From an uncultured Flavobacteriales bacterium (GTDB lineage: Bacteria; Bacteroidota; Bacteroidia; Flavobacteriales_D; CAJJDF01): 64,000 bases of DNA. Of this stretch, positions 30,909-40,593 are shown in pieces (position 1 is the first letter of the stretch; every line of letters starts with the position of its first letter). Made by a program: the position numbers and the translations under genes. The notes under the pieces are model-generated. The model was not told the origin of the DNA. It searched no databases and saw nothing but the letters and a program-made list of their open reading frames with translations. The stretch is taken from contig CAJJDF010000034.1 in the NCBI GenBank assembly GCA_905182785.1, positions 20,953-84,952 of the forward strand, given 5' to 3'.

Positions 30909-32312
30909 TTAAAATGCAGGACAATCCAATGATTTCCTTTTAGATTGTAGTAATTTAGATTTAACACTTCGTGATTTTTTGTTTCTTCCCAAACGATCTT
31001 TGCAGTTAGGATTTTTAAAAAACGTATGTTTCAAACTAAAGTAAATATCTCCAGCCTTAATTTCATCATGCTTGAAAAATAACGGTAAAAAATTATCTGA
31101 TCCAATTGTAATATTCGCAATTCTAATTGCCAATCCTATTTGGGGATTCACATAATTATTTAAGGACAATGGGATTCCTACCCCTAAGTAATTAGTTTCA
31201 TACCTTGCAGAAACTGCCAAAGTATTGGCTCTTTCAACTCCGTAAGTGTTTGCTGTAGGAAAATTCTGAATGATTGTTCCGTTAAAATAAATTCTATCAT
31301 TTAAATTATAATCTACTTGCAAAGAGGCAGCTGCAGGTAACCAAGCCTTGTAACTTGATCCAGCCTGATTTGATTGTGATTCTGCACTTAAATCATTTAA
31401 AGAATTCACATCATCCACTGCTGTATTTTCATCAAAATCTCCATAATAAGAGTTATTATCAAAGTTTATATACCCAATATCAAGCAAAGAAACTCCAATT
31501 TTGTATTTATAATTTATTTGTTCGCAACCGCTCCTTGTAGAATGAGGAATATAACTCGTTACGTCTTCCTTCATTTTCTTGTAAGTTAATCCAAGGCTAG
31601 TCCCCCAGCCTTTTCCAGCACTAAATTCCGGTTCTGTATAAGAATATTTTCCATTCGTTTGTATCAATATTTGGCTCTCTAGAGTTGGTACTCTTACCAA
31701 GGCATCATCTACCAAAATAGCCGTATTTTGAAACCCAAACAATCGTTTTACAGAAATAGCTCCAGTCAGCATGTTGTCGTTAGTTGCAATTAGTATTTTA
31801 CCGTAAGTAATTCCAATTTCTCCCCATACCATTGATTTTACCCTGGCGTTATTAATATTGTATGTACCGGTATCGGCAAGAGTTAATCCTTCACTGCCTT
31901 TAAGTTTACCTAATACACCAGGAATATTTTTTGCATTTACTACTCCCCTAACATTTGAAAATACAGAAAAAGAATGTCGGCCAATGCCAATACTTGCTGA
32001 AGGTCCTGTGATTTCAAAATCACCAAAGGCTTTTATCTTGTCTAAACTCATCTTGTAACTAGGGTCCGTATCGTATTGGTCAAAGTTGAGTAAGGTTGAA
32101 TTTGGATAAAATGCAAAGTTATTTCTCAAATACGCACTTGCTCCTACAATATTTATATCCAACCAAGGTTTGGCATCTACAATATTAGATGGATTTAATA
32201 ATTGACCATTTACCGGATTGTAATTGTCGTTTCTCATTCCTAGGTTTTCTTGTGCTGTTACTGAACCAATAAGACACAATGAGAATACAGTAAGTTGTGA
32301 TAGCTTTTTCAT
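30909..32312 (-). CDS. Hypothetical outer-membrane beta-barrel-like protein with a basic C-terminal tail
   Basis: Signal peptide ending VTAQ, Gly/aromatic-rich alternating segments, and a terminal Phe. Family not confidently recognised (possibly DUF5723-like). Confidence 0.65.
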   Translation of the reverse strand: MKKLSQLTVFSLCLIGSVTAQENLGMRNDNYNPVNGQLLNPSNIVDAKPWLDINIVGASAYLRNNFAFYPNSTLLNFDQYDTDPSYKMSLDKIKAFGDFEITGPSASIGIGRHSFSVFSNVRGVVNAKNIPGVLGKLKGSEGLTLADTGTYNINNARVKSMVWGEIGITYGKILIATNDNMLTGAISVKRLFGFQNTAILVDDALVRVPTLESQILIQTNGKYSYTEPEFSAGKGWGTSLGLTYKKMKEDVTSYIPHSTRSGCEQINYKYKIGVSLLDIGYINFDNNSYYGDFDENTAVDDVNSLNDLSAESQSNQAGSSYKAWLPAAASLQVDYNLNDRIYFNGTIIQNFPTANTYGVERANTLAVSARYETNYLGVGIPLSLNNYVNPQIGLAIRIANITIGSDNFLPLFFKHDEIKAGDIYFSLKHTFFKNPNCKDRLGRNKKSRSVKSKLLQSKRKSLDCPAF

Positions 32313-32500
32313 AATTAATGAGTTTAGAGGTGTTCAAAATTTCTTTTTCTCTTTTCAAAAGAGAAATACTTTATGTAAATGGTAGAAATTTTTTCATATC
32401 TATATTAATTATGCTTGGCTTTATTAAAACTAACCTACACTAATAGAACGAAATATTTCACAAATAGTGTGCTTTTGAGAAATAAATATGAATTAGGCAT

Positions 32501-32535
32501 AAAAAAAGCCTCTTCAAATTTTTCAAGAGGCTTTT
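32501..32535 (-). terminator. Rho-independent terminator after the TPR gene
   Basis: Stem GCCTCTT (32508-32514) pairs with AAGAGGC (32525-31). The A7 run on the plus strand gives a U run on the minus strand. Confidence 0.7.
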
Positions 32536-32553
32536 AGAAATTAGAAATGAATC

Positions 32554-33684
32554 TTATTTCATAATCTTATCGTTTTGCTTAGTTATTGAGTAAAAATTAT
32601 TCAGAATTTTTTTAATCAATGGCTCTTCTTGTTCATTAAATGTTTTTTCTATAAATGGTAACACACTATTTATGAAATCATTTCTTTCTAATTTTGCTTT
32701 GTCGTATTTGGCAGTTTCGTTATAAGGAATAGCATTTACGATATCATTCATTTTTACTACCATGTTATTATATACAACACTAAGATTATATTTAGAGTTA
32801 AAATCTGTAGGATTTAATTCCAAAGCTTTTTTATAAGCTATAACAGCAGTAGTATACATTTCCATTTCATTATAGGTAATTCCTGCAGCATATTGCAATG
32901 AAAAGTTATTAGCATATTTAATCAATGCTTTTTCTAATTCTACTTTTGCCTCAGCTGGTTTACCTCCAGACAATAGTGTTTTAACCCCACTCAAAATAAT
33001 GTTGACATTGTTTGGAAACTTAGCTTTTGCTATTTCCATAACTTTAGATGCTTCTTCTTGATTTTCAGCTTTGTTGTAAGCTTCAGTTAAATTCAAGTAT
33101 AAATCTGCTCCTCCATATTGTATCTCAACACATTTTTTGTAATACAAAATAGCATTGTCATAATCTTTCAAGATATCTGCTGTTCTTCCTGTATAGTAGA
33201 TTCCAGCACTGTCAGTCATTCCGATTAATTTTGCATACTCTTGAGAAGTAACAAAGTTTTTGTAAGCGACCTCATATTCCTTGTTATTAAATGAAGTCGA
33301 TGCTAAATTTCTTGTTACATCATACATTGGAGCAGCTAAGTTTTTCAAATCTCTTCTATAATAACCTTTTGTATCTAGCTTACTTGTCATTTTCATGGCT
33401 TCCATTACTTCTGAAACAACATCCATTTTTCCTCTTAATTCTTTGGCAGCAGCCGATTTACTATTAGATAAACCTGCATATATATTAGCTCTCCATAACC
33501 ACGTTTTAGCATCTTCTTTTGTATTTTCGTGTATTGTCGCTTTATCTATATAACTTTTTGCTTTTACAAAATTTGGCTTTTTAGCTTTTGCAATCATGAT
33601 AGCACTAGTAAGGTTTTTCTTTTGTGAAAAACTAACTGTAGTTGCAATAGCAAAAATTGTTAGTATTAATAAATTCTTTTTCAT
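32554..33684 (-). CDS. Tetratricopeptide-repeat protein, secreted
   Basis: Signal peptide plus repeated A..Y/A..A..P TPR-like helical repeats (for example AVIAYKKALELNPTDFNSKYNLS). Confidence 0.75.
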   Translation of the reverse strand: MKKNLLILTIFAIATTVSFSQKKNLTSAIMIAKAKKPNFVKAKSYIDKATIHENTKEDAKTWLWRANIYAGLSNSKSAAAKELRGKMDVVSEVMEAMKMTSKLDTKGYYRRDLKNLAAPMYDVTRNLASTSFNNKEYEVAYKNFVTSQEYAKLIGMTDSAGIYYTGRTADILKDYDNAILYYKKCVEIQYGGADLYLNLTEAYNKAENQEEASKVMEIAKAKFPNNVNIILSGVKTLLSGGKPAEAKVELEKALIKYANNFSLQYAAGITYNEMEMYTTAVIAYKKALELNPTDFNSKYNLSVVYNNMVVKMNDIVNAIPYNETAKYDKAKLERNDFINSVLPFIEKTFNEQEEPLIKKILNNFYSITKQNDKIMK

Positions 33685-33893
33685 TGTGTTTATTTTATGT
33701 ATAATTAATAGTTAGATGCAAAATGTCACCAATTTGCATAAATATATTTCCAATTACTTTGCCAAACTTGTCTTTTTCTAAATTATTATGAAAAACTTAA
33801 CATTTTTAAGACATTGTAAATGTAACAATGTTAAATAAAAATGCAAAATAAAAGTGGGTAGCAATGTTTAATTTAATAAGCAGCAGTAGTTAA

Positions 33894-36299
33894 CTAGAAA
33901 TCATCTAATTCCTGCTGCCTTTTCATTGTTTTACTGTAATTATTTAATTTAAGAGAAACAGTCAGCATAAAAACTGGGGATGCCGGATTATTATTTTGAT
34001 AAACAGTCAAGTTATTGATAGAACTGGTGTAAATATTTCTTCTTGTAGAGAGAACATTATTTACAGTAAAAATAAAAGCCAGTTTATTCTTCATAAATGA
34101 CTTGCGAAGTGAAACATCAAACCCATAATTATCTTCCATAAAACCAAGAGCAGAAGCTGTTTTACTTCGGTATTTGGAAACTAATTGCAATTTATAATTA
34201 TCCAAAAACGTAAATGAATTTATCCAATTTATGTTGTAATTAAATGATTCATTTTTTCTTTCTCTCACATCAAGATTAGAATTTACTGAATAATAAAACA
34301 AGCTAACTCCTAAGTTTGTATTCCACCAATCTTTTAGATAATAAATAAAAGTTGGATCTACTCCTATTGAAGTAGAATTCCCAGCATTCTCAGGAGAGTT
34401 TATTACCACATTAGTGTCATAAACAGCTGGAACTCTATTTATCATATTATTCAATAGTTTAGCATAAGCCTCTAAAGAAATACTTCCTTTATTTCCTAAT
34501 TGTTTTATATAACTCGCTTCAAGAGAATTGATGTATTCTGGCAATAAATTTGCATTTCCTTTTCTTACAGAATATGGACTTTCCCATGTAATAAAAGGCT
34601 CAAAATAATACGACCTTGGTCTATTTATTCTTCTCGAATAACTGAATAATAATTGCTGATTTTTGGGTAGTTTATATGAGAAATGTGCCGAAGGGAAAAA
34701 GTCAATTCGGTTTATATTCTGAAATGAATTCGGAAGGTTTGTTGCCTCTATTTTTCTTTGAGTATACTCAGTTCTTAGTCCAATTTGATAACCTAATTTC
34801 TTAGTTTTACCTTTTAATAAAGAGTATGCAGAATGAATGTTTCTATTATATTGAACATCTGTAGAGTATAAGTCTACTCTGTCATTCTCTCTTGTTGTAG
34901 TATTGTATTCATAACTATCTCTGTCATCTTTACTAATCCCAAATTGAGTTTGAACACCTGCTTCTAAAACCAATTTATTCTTAAACGTTTTTAAATAATC
35001 AACATCAAACCGCAACACATTTGAAGGACCAAATTCTGTTCCATAGTTACCTCCTATTTTCGTTTCGTTTTCATTATAAAAATCATTGTAGGTATACTCG
35101 TCTACCGATCTCAAGTTATAAATTGCCTTTAAGTTAATGTGTTGACTTTTATCTCTTTCAATATTATATCGATAAGACAAAGAGTTGGATAGAGATTTAA
35201 TTGTAATCTCATTAGAAAATCTATTTTCAAAACTATTCACCAAAGAGTCGTTATAAAACTCTTCGTAAAAGGAATTGTTATAAGGATTCATATCCATTTT
35301 ACCAACTCTAGAACTAACGGATAAAACATGAGCACTATTTGGCGTATAAATCCATTCTCCCCCCACATTCATTCCACCATATTTCCATGAGCTTTCTCCA
35401 TTTTGCAATACTTTAGTTTGATAAGTGTCATAATCAGAAATTCGTTCTTCTACTGAATATTTCGGCCTATTTCTTTGGTTGTAAGAAGCATTAAGATTAA
35501 AAGCATGTTTTTTCTCTCTATAGTTTATTGCTAAATTACCTCCATATCTATCAAAATTTCCTCCAGAAACATTGACTAACATACTCATTCCCTCTAGCTT
35601 ATTTTTCTTAGTTATTATATTAATAATTCCTCCTACTCCCTCTGCTTGTTCTCTGGCTGATGGATTCGTAACAATTTCAATGTTCTTAATTGTACTAGCG
35701 GGAATTGCCTGTAAAGCATCCGAAGCATCCATAGCAGTAGGTACTCCATTTATTAATAAAGTAAAACTTCCACTTCCTCTCAACTGAATATTCCCTTCAT
35801 TATCAACTTGTATAGAAGGCGTGTTTTGTAATACTTCTACTGCCGATTGACCTGCTGTAGTGTTCATATCCTCCACATTCACTATCTTTTTATCAATCTC
35901 ATAAGTTACTTTTGGAATATCACCATTTATTAAAACTTCTTTCAATTGTACAGAGTTATCTAGTTTTATTTTTTTAAAATCATAAATAGTTTTTTCGTTA
36001 CTAATAGTTACATTATTTATAGTTCTAGTTTGATACCCAACAAATGAAATCGTTAGGTAATAATTCCCTGAAGTAATTTTAGTTATATTAAACTTTCCTT
36101 TGCTATTCGTGATTCCGCCATTAACAACAATACTATCTTTTTTATTATAAAGTGCTACACTCACATACTCCATTGGAGTTGAAGTACCTGATTCCACAAC
36201 TACTCCAAAAACTTCTCCTTTTGCTCCTACTGTATTGTTTCCTTGACCAAAATCAGTTAAGGGAAATAATATAAATACAATAATTATTAATCTTACCAT
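33894..36299 (-). CDS. TonB-dependent receptor with an N-terminal carboxypeptidase-regulatory-like domain
   Basis: CarbopepD_reg-like segment (VVESGTSTPMEYVSVAL...), plug domain (LRGSGSFTLLINGVP), and a long beta-barrel ending in Phe. Confidence 0.88.
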   Translation of the reverse strand: MVRLIIIVFILFPLTDFGQGNNTVGAKGEVFGVVVESGTSTPMEYVSVALYNKKDSIVVNGGITNSKGKFNITKITSGNYYLTISFVGYQTRTINNVTISNEKTIYDFKKIKLDNSVQLKEVLINGDIPKVTYEIDKKIVNVEDMNTTAGQSAVEVLQNTPSIQVDNEGNIQLRGSGSFTLLINGVPTAMDASDALQAIPASTIKNIEIVTNPSAREQAEGVGGIINIITKKNKLEGMSMLVNVSGGNFDRYGGNLAINYREKKHAFNLNASYNQRNRPKYSVEERISDYDTYQTKVLQNGESSWKYGGMNVGGEWIYTPNSAHVLSVSSRVGKMDMNPYNNSFYEEFYNDSLVNSFENRFSNEITIKSLSNSLSYRYNIERDKSQHINLKAIYNLRSVDEYTYNDFYNENETKIGGNYGTEFGPSNVLRFDVDYLKTFKNKLVLEAGVQTQFGISKDDRDSYEYNTTTRENDRVDLYSTDVQYNRNIHSAYSLLKGKTKKLGYQIGLRTEYTQRKIEATNLPNSFQNINRIDFFPSAHFSYKLPKNQQLLFSYSRRINRPRSYYFEPFITWESPYSVRKGNANLLPEYINSLEASYIKQLGNKGSISLEAYAKLLNNMINRVPAVYDTNVVINSPENAGNSTSIGVDPTFIYYLKDWWNTNLGVSLFYYSVNSNLDVRERKNESFNYNINWINSFTFLDNYKLQLVSKYRSKTASALGFMEDNYGFDVSLRKSFMKNKLAFIFTVNNVLSTRRNIYTSSINNLTVYQNNNPASPVFMLTVSLKLNNYSKTMKRQQELDDF

Positions 36300-36358
36300 G
36301 CTAAATTTTATATTTTAAATGCAAAAATAACTATTTTTGGATTATAAAATAGAGAAGA

Positions 36359-37564
36359 ATGAAAATTGGAGTAATAAGAGAGACTAAAAACCCACCAGAT
36401 AAAAGAGTACCACTATCTCCTGAGAAATGTGCTAAACTAAAACAAAACTTTCCTGAAGTGGAACTTGTTGTTCAGTCTAGTAACATTAGAGCCTTTAAGG
36501 ATGAAGAGTATTCTGAATTAGGAGTAAACATTGTACAAGATGTTTCTGATTGTGATGTATTATTGGGAGTAAAAGAAGTTAAAAAAGAAGAATTACTACC
36601 CCATAAAACATATTTTTTCTTTTCACATACAATTAAAGAACAACCTTATAACAGAGATTTATTGCAAAAAATACTTGATTTAAAAATCAAGATGATTGAT
36701 TATGAGGCTTTAACATACCCTAAGAATGGAAGGATTTTAGGGTTTGGGAGGTATGCAGGAATAGTAGGTGCTTACAATGCATTTTTAGCTTTTGGAATAA
36801 AATCGAATTCGTATAATTTGAAACCAGCTAATGAATGCCATGACTACAAAGAGTTGAAACAAGAACTTAAAAAAGTAAAGCTCCCTAATGATTATAAAAT
36901 AATAATCTCGGGAGACGGAAGAGTTGGAAAAGGGGCCGAAGAAATAATTCATGCCATAGGAATTTACGAAGTCTCTCCTTTAGATTTCTTAACTAGCACA
37001 AGAAACGAACCTATTTATACACAATTATCTATAAAAGAATATAACAAAAGGAAAGACGGGCAACTATTTACTAAAGATGATTTTTACACTAATCCTGAAT
37101 TGTTTGAATCAAATTTTAAACGTTTCTCGGACATAGGAGATATGTACATAGCTTGCCATTATTGGGATGCAAATGCACCTTTTGTATTCTCAAGAGAAGA
37201 TATAAAAGCTGATTCTTTTAAACTTAAAATTGTAGCAGACATTAGTTGTGACATTGATGGACCAGTTGCTTCAACACTTCGTCCTTCAACAATAGACGAA
37301 CCTCTTTATGGATATGATCCAAAAACAGAGAGCGAAGTAGATTTTATGAATGAAAACGCAATTGGCGTAATGGCAGTAGATAATTTACCTTGTGAGTTAC
37401 CAAGAGATGCCTCAGAAGATTTTGGAAATGAATTACTAACCAAAGTACTACCAAGTATTATTGGAGAAGATATAGATACAATTATAGAAAGAGCTTCTAT
37501 CTGTGAAAACGGAAAGCTTACCTCCTATTATTCTTATTTACAAGATTATTTAGACGGGGTTTAG
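36359..37564 (+). CDS. AlaDH/PNT-family enzyme resembling lysine-forming saccharopine dehydrogenase / lysine-ketoglutarate reductase
   Basis: N-terminus IRETKNPPDKRVPLSP, FFFSHTIKEQPYN, and GFGRYAGIVGA, as in LKR/SDH-type proteins. Confidence 0.7.
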   Translation: MKIGVIRETKNPPDKRVPLSPEKCAKLKQNFPEVELVVQSSNIRAFKDEEYSELGVNIVQDVSDCDVLLGVKEVKKEELLPHKTYFFFSHTIKEQPYNRDLLQKILDLKIKMIDYEALTYPKNGRILGFGRYAGIVGAYNAFLAFGIKSNSYNLKPANECHDYKELKQELKKVKLPNDYKIIISGDGRVGKGAEEIIHAIGIYEVSPLDFLTSTRNEPIYTQLSIKEYNKRKDGQLFTKDDFYTNPELFESNFKRFSDIGDMYIACHYWDANAPFVFSREDIKADSFKLKIVADISCDIDGPVASTLRPSTIDEPLYGYDPKTESEVDFMNENAIGVMAVDNLPCELPRDASEDFGNELLTKVLPSIIGEDIDTIIERASICENGKLTSYYSYLQDYLDGV

Positions 37565-37611
37565 TCTTTATTAATAAGTCCTTAGTCGCAAGTAATATAG
37601 ACAATACAAAT

Positions 37612-37695
37612 AACTTCCTCTCTTAACGGGAGGATTGAGGTGGGTCACCTATTCATTTGAAAAGTCACCTCCCTAGCCCTCCTCAAGGAGGGAAA
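37612..37695 (+). promoter_or_regulatory. GC-rich structured intergenic element built from GGAGG/CCTCC blocks
   Basis: Hairpins 37616-22/37628-34 and 37677-82/37687-92. Alternative pairings are 37637-42 with 37666-71, 37638-42 with 37646-50, and 37628-33 with 37668-73. The direct repeat GTCACCT occurs at 37644 and 37664. Confidence 0.5.
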
Positions 37696-37705
37696 CTAAA
37701 ATGAA

Positions 37706-38050
37706 ATGGAAGATAAAGTAAATCAAAACATATCAGAAAAAGAGAATCAAAAACTTGAAAAAATAGCTTTTATATCTATTCTTTTGGCTTTGGTTTATAT
37801 TTTTTTAAAGTTCTTTAATTATATTTATACATCTTCTTTTATACTTGATTCAGTATTAATTCCTGATTATACTATTAAATTTGCATTAAAAGAATCATTT
37901 TATTCTGGCTTAATTTTGAGTTTCGGAATCATAATAACTTTTTACCTTTATAAAAGAAAAAAATATTTTTTAGTTATAATGTTGAATGCTATATTTATAG
38001 TACAAAGTCTTGCATTACCCTATATATTACACATTGCGAACAACTATTAA
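37706..38050 (+). CDS. Small hypothetical membrane protein
   Basis: 114 aa with three hydrophobic helices after a charged N-terminus. No recognisable motif. Confidence 0.55.
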   Translation: MEDKVNQNISEKENQKLEKIAFISILLALVYIFLKFFNYIYTSSFILDSVLIPDYTIKFALKESFYSGLILSFGIIITFYLYKRKKYFLVIMLNAIFIVQSLALPYILHIANNY

Positions 38051-38080
38051 CTATTTACTAATCACTTTTCACAAAACGAA

Positions 38081-39571
38081 ATGAATAAAATACTTATCGC
38101 CAACCGTGGAGAAATTGCATTGAGAGTAATGCGTTCTGCTAAAGAAATGAATATTAAAACTGTTGCAATCTATTCAGAAGCTGATAGAAATGCACCTTTT
38201 GTGAGGTATGCAGATGAAGCAGTTTGTGTTGGACCTCCACCAAGTGCTGAGAGTTATTTGTTAGGAGATAAAATTATTCAAATTTGTAAAGACTTAAATG
38301 TAGATGGAATTCATCCTGGTTATGGATTTTTATCAGAAAACTCTGAGTTTGTACAAAAAGCTACAGATGCTGGAATTACATTCATTGGTCCATCCCCAAA
38401 ATCAATAGAATTGATGGGAGATAAATTAAAAGCAAAAGATACCGTAAAAGCATATGATATTCCTATGGTTCCTGGAACAGATCATGCTATTTCTGATATT
38501 CCTGCAGCTAAGAAAATTGCGAAAGAAATTGGATTTCCTATTTTGATAAAAGCATCTGCTGGTGGTGGTGGAAAAGGAATGAGAGTTGTAGAAAACGAAG
38601 AAGAATTTGAAGAACAAATGGACAGAGCAGTTTCTGAAGCCATTTCTAGTTTTGGAAACGGAGAAGTTTTTATTGAGAAATACGTAGGTTCACCCAAACA
38701 CATAGAAATTCAATTAATTGCTGATACACACGGAAATGTAGTGTATTTATTTGACAGAGAATGTTCTATTCAAAGGAGACACCAAAAAGTAATTGAAGAA
38801 GCACCAAGTGCCTCAGTATTTCCAGAATTAAGAAAACAAATGGGTGAAGCAGCTTGTGATGTTGCAAGAAGTTGCGATTATTATGGAGTTGGGACTGTAG
38901 AGTTTTTGATGGATGAAAACAAAAACTTCTATTTCCTTGAGATGAATACAAGGCTGCAAGTTGAGCATCCTGTAAGTGAAATGATAACTGGTATTGATTT
39001 GGTAAAAGAACAAATTAATGTTGCTAGAGGAGAAAAATTGAGTTTTACTCAAGAAGATTTATCAATAAATGGACATTCTCTTGAAGTAAGAGTTTATGCA
39101 GAGAATCCTAGAAATAATTTTTTACCAGATATTGGTAAACTAGAAACGTACAGAAGACCACAAGGTAATGGAGTTCGTGTAGATGATGGATTGGAAGAAG
39201 GAATGGATATTCCAATTTATTACGACCCTATGATTGCCAAATTGGTTACACACGGTAAAGACCGTGAGGAAGCAATTCGAAGAATGACAAAAGCTATAGA
39301 TGAGTATGTTATTACTGGAGTAGAAACTACTTTGGCTTTTTGTAAATACACGATTAATCACGAGAAATTTAAAGACGGTACTTTTGATACTAATTTTGTA
39401 AAAAATTACTTTTCAGATCCCTCAGTGTTAGATAATTTTGATCCGGAAGAAGAGAAAGTTGCGGCTATGTTTGCTGCTATACTATTTGATGGATTAAACG
39501 AAGGAAATCAAGCTTCAAATTCTGGAAGTTCTAAAAGTTCGTGGAAAGCGAATAGAGCTAAAATGAACTAA
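38081..39571 (+). CDS. accC: Biotin carboxylase subunit of an acyl-CoA carboxylase
   Basis: ATP-grasp glycine loop (KASAGGGGKGMR), EMNTRLQVEHP, and the biotin carboxylase C-terminal domain. It also has an extra roughly 45-aa tail. Confidence 0.92.
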   Translation: MNKILIANRGEIALRVMRSAKEMNIKTVAIYSEADRNAPFVRYADEAVCVGPPPSAESYLLGDKIIQICKDLNVDGIHPGYGFLSENSEFVQKATDAGITFIGPSPKSIELMGDKLKAKDTVKAYDIPMVPGTDHAISDIPAAKKIAKEIGFPILIKASAGGGGKGMRVVENEEEFEEQMDRAVSEAISSFGNGEVFIEKYVGSPKHIEIQLIADTHGNVVYLFDRECSIQRRHQKVIEEAPSASVFPELRKQMGEAACDVARSCDYYGVGTVEFLMDENKNFYFLEMNTRLQVEHPVSEMITGIDLVKEQINVARGEKLSFTQEDLSINGHSLEVRVYAENPRNNFLPDIGKLETYRRPQGNGVRVDDGLEEGMDIPIYYDPMIAKLVTHGKDREEAIRRMTKAIDEYVITGVETTLAFCKYTINHEKFKDGTFDTNFVKNYFSDPSVLDNFDPEEEKVAAMFAAILFDGLNEGNQASNSGSSKSSWKANRAKMN

Positions 39572-39620
39572 TTTTTAAATTGGAACTGTTTTTGTATCTA
39601 TCTAATTTAAAAAAAATAAC

Positions 39621-40313
39621 ATGAAATTTAGACTTCTATTTTTTCTTGGTTTAGTTACTTCATTTCCCTCATTGTCTCAGATAAGAAAAACGGACTCAAT
39701 AGGAGATACGAATAAAAACAGAGCTCTTTATATAATTGAAAAAGGAGATACAATTCCTGTTTTTATTTTGAAAGAGTTTAATTATACTGACCCTGATTTT
39801 GCTAGAGAATGGAATCGTACAGTATTCTTTACAAAAAGAATGTACACCTATGCCAAAATTATAGACTCTATAGTAAAATCACATGATACGAAACTTGCTG
39901 AGATTGAAAAAAATGGATCTAAAAAAAGGCGAAAATCAAAAAAAACAAACAAAGCACTAAAAAAAACTTTGTGGGATGAATATTCATATGAAATAAAAAA
40001 CCTAACCAATACAAGGGGAGATTATTTAACAAGATTAGTTCATAGAGAGACTGGATCTACTGCTTATGAACTAATAAAAAAATACAAGAATGGAAGAACT
40101 GCTTTCTTCTGGAATTCTGTATTATGGTCGTTTGGAAGTACTAATTTGAAAAACAAATTTGACCCAAAAGAAGATTGGATGCTAAAACTTGTGGTAGATG
40201 ATATTGAGGCTGGTAAAATAATACCCTATACCAGAGCTCAATTGATACAAGAAATGAAAGCAAGAGAAGCAAGAGATAAGGCACGAAAAAAAAAGAATAA
40301 CAAAAGAAATTAA
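39621..40313 (+). CDS. Secreted hypothetical protein (DUF4294-like), Lys/Arg-rich
   Basis: Signal peptide and a LVHRETGSTAYELIKKYKNGRTAFFW block that I associate with DUF4294. This assignment comes from memory only. Confidence 0.65.
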   Translation: MKFRLLFFLGLVTSFPSLSQIRKTDSIGDTNKNRALYIIEKGDTIPVFILKEFNYTDPDFAREWNRTVFFTKRMYTYAKIIDSIVKSHDTKLAEIEKNGSKKRRKSKKTNKALKKTLWDEYSYEIKNLTNTRGDYLTRLVHRETGSTAYELIKKYKNGRTAFFWNSVLWSFGSTNLKNKFDPKEDWMLKLVVDDIEAGKIIPYTRAQLIQEMKAREARDKARKKKNNKRN

Positions 40314-40320
40314 TAATAAA

Positions 40321-40503
40321 ATAGTAGGCTACCAATCAATTAAAACCAATGATATGTGCATAAAATGTCATGGTGATATTGAAAATGAGATCAATAAAAA
40401 AACAAGATTTAATATTGATGATTTATACCCAGATGACAAAGCTATAGGATATTCTTCGAATTAAATAAGAGGAATTTGGGTGGTGAAAATGGATAAAAAG
40501 TAA
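40321..40503 (+). pseudogene. Remnant of a CXXCH heme-c protein (C-terminal part, DUF3365-like) with an in-frame stop
   Basis: The frame reads ...GYQSIKTNDMCIKCHGDIENEINKKTRFNIDDLYPDDKAIGYSSN*IRGIWVVKMDKK*. The premature TAA is at 40462-40464. There is no N-terminal part and no start codon. Confidence 0.6.
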
Positions 40504-40593
40504 TTAGATTATTGGTGTTAATAAGATTTAGAGCAAGTTCTCGTTATCCCATAGTATTTCCATAATTTTGATTTATAATCATTGAGATAATTT

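Noticed and set aside
37701-37721. A mini-ORF, MKWKIK-stop, directly after the GC-rich element.
   Set aside because: It is too short to support as a gene on sequence alone. It is mentioned only as a possible leader peptide within the structured-element finding.
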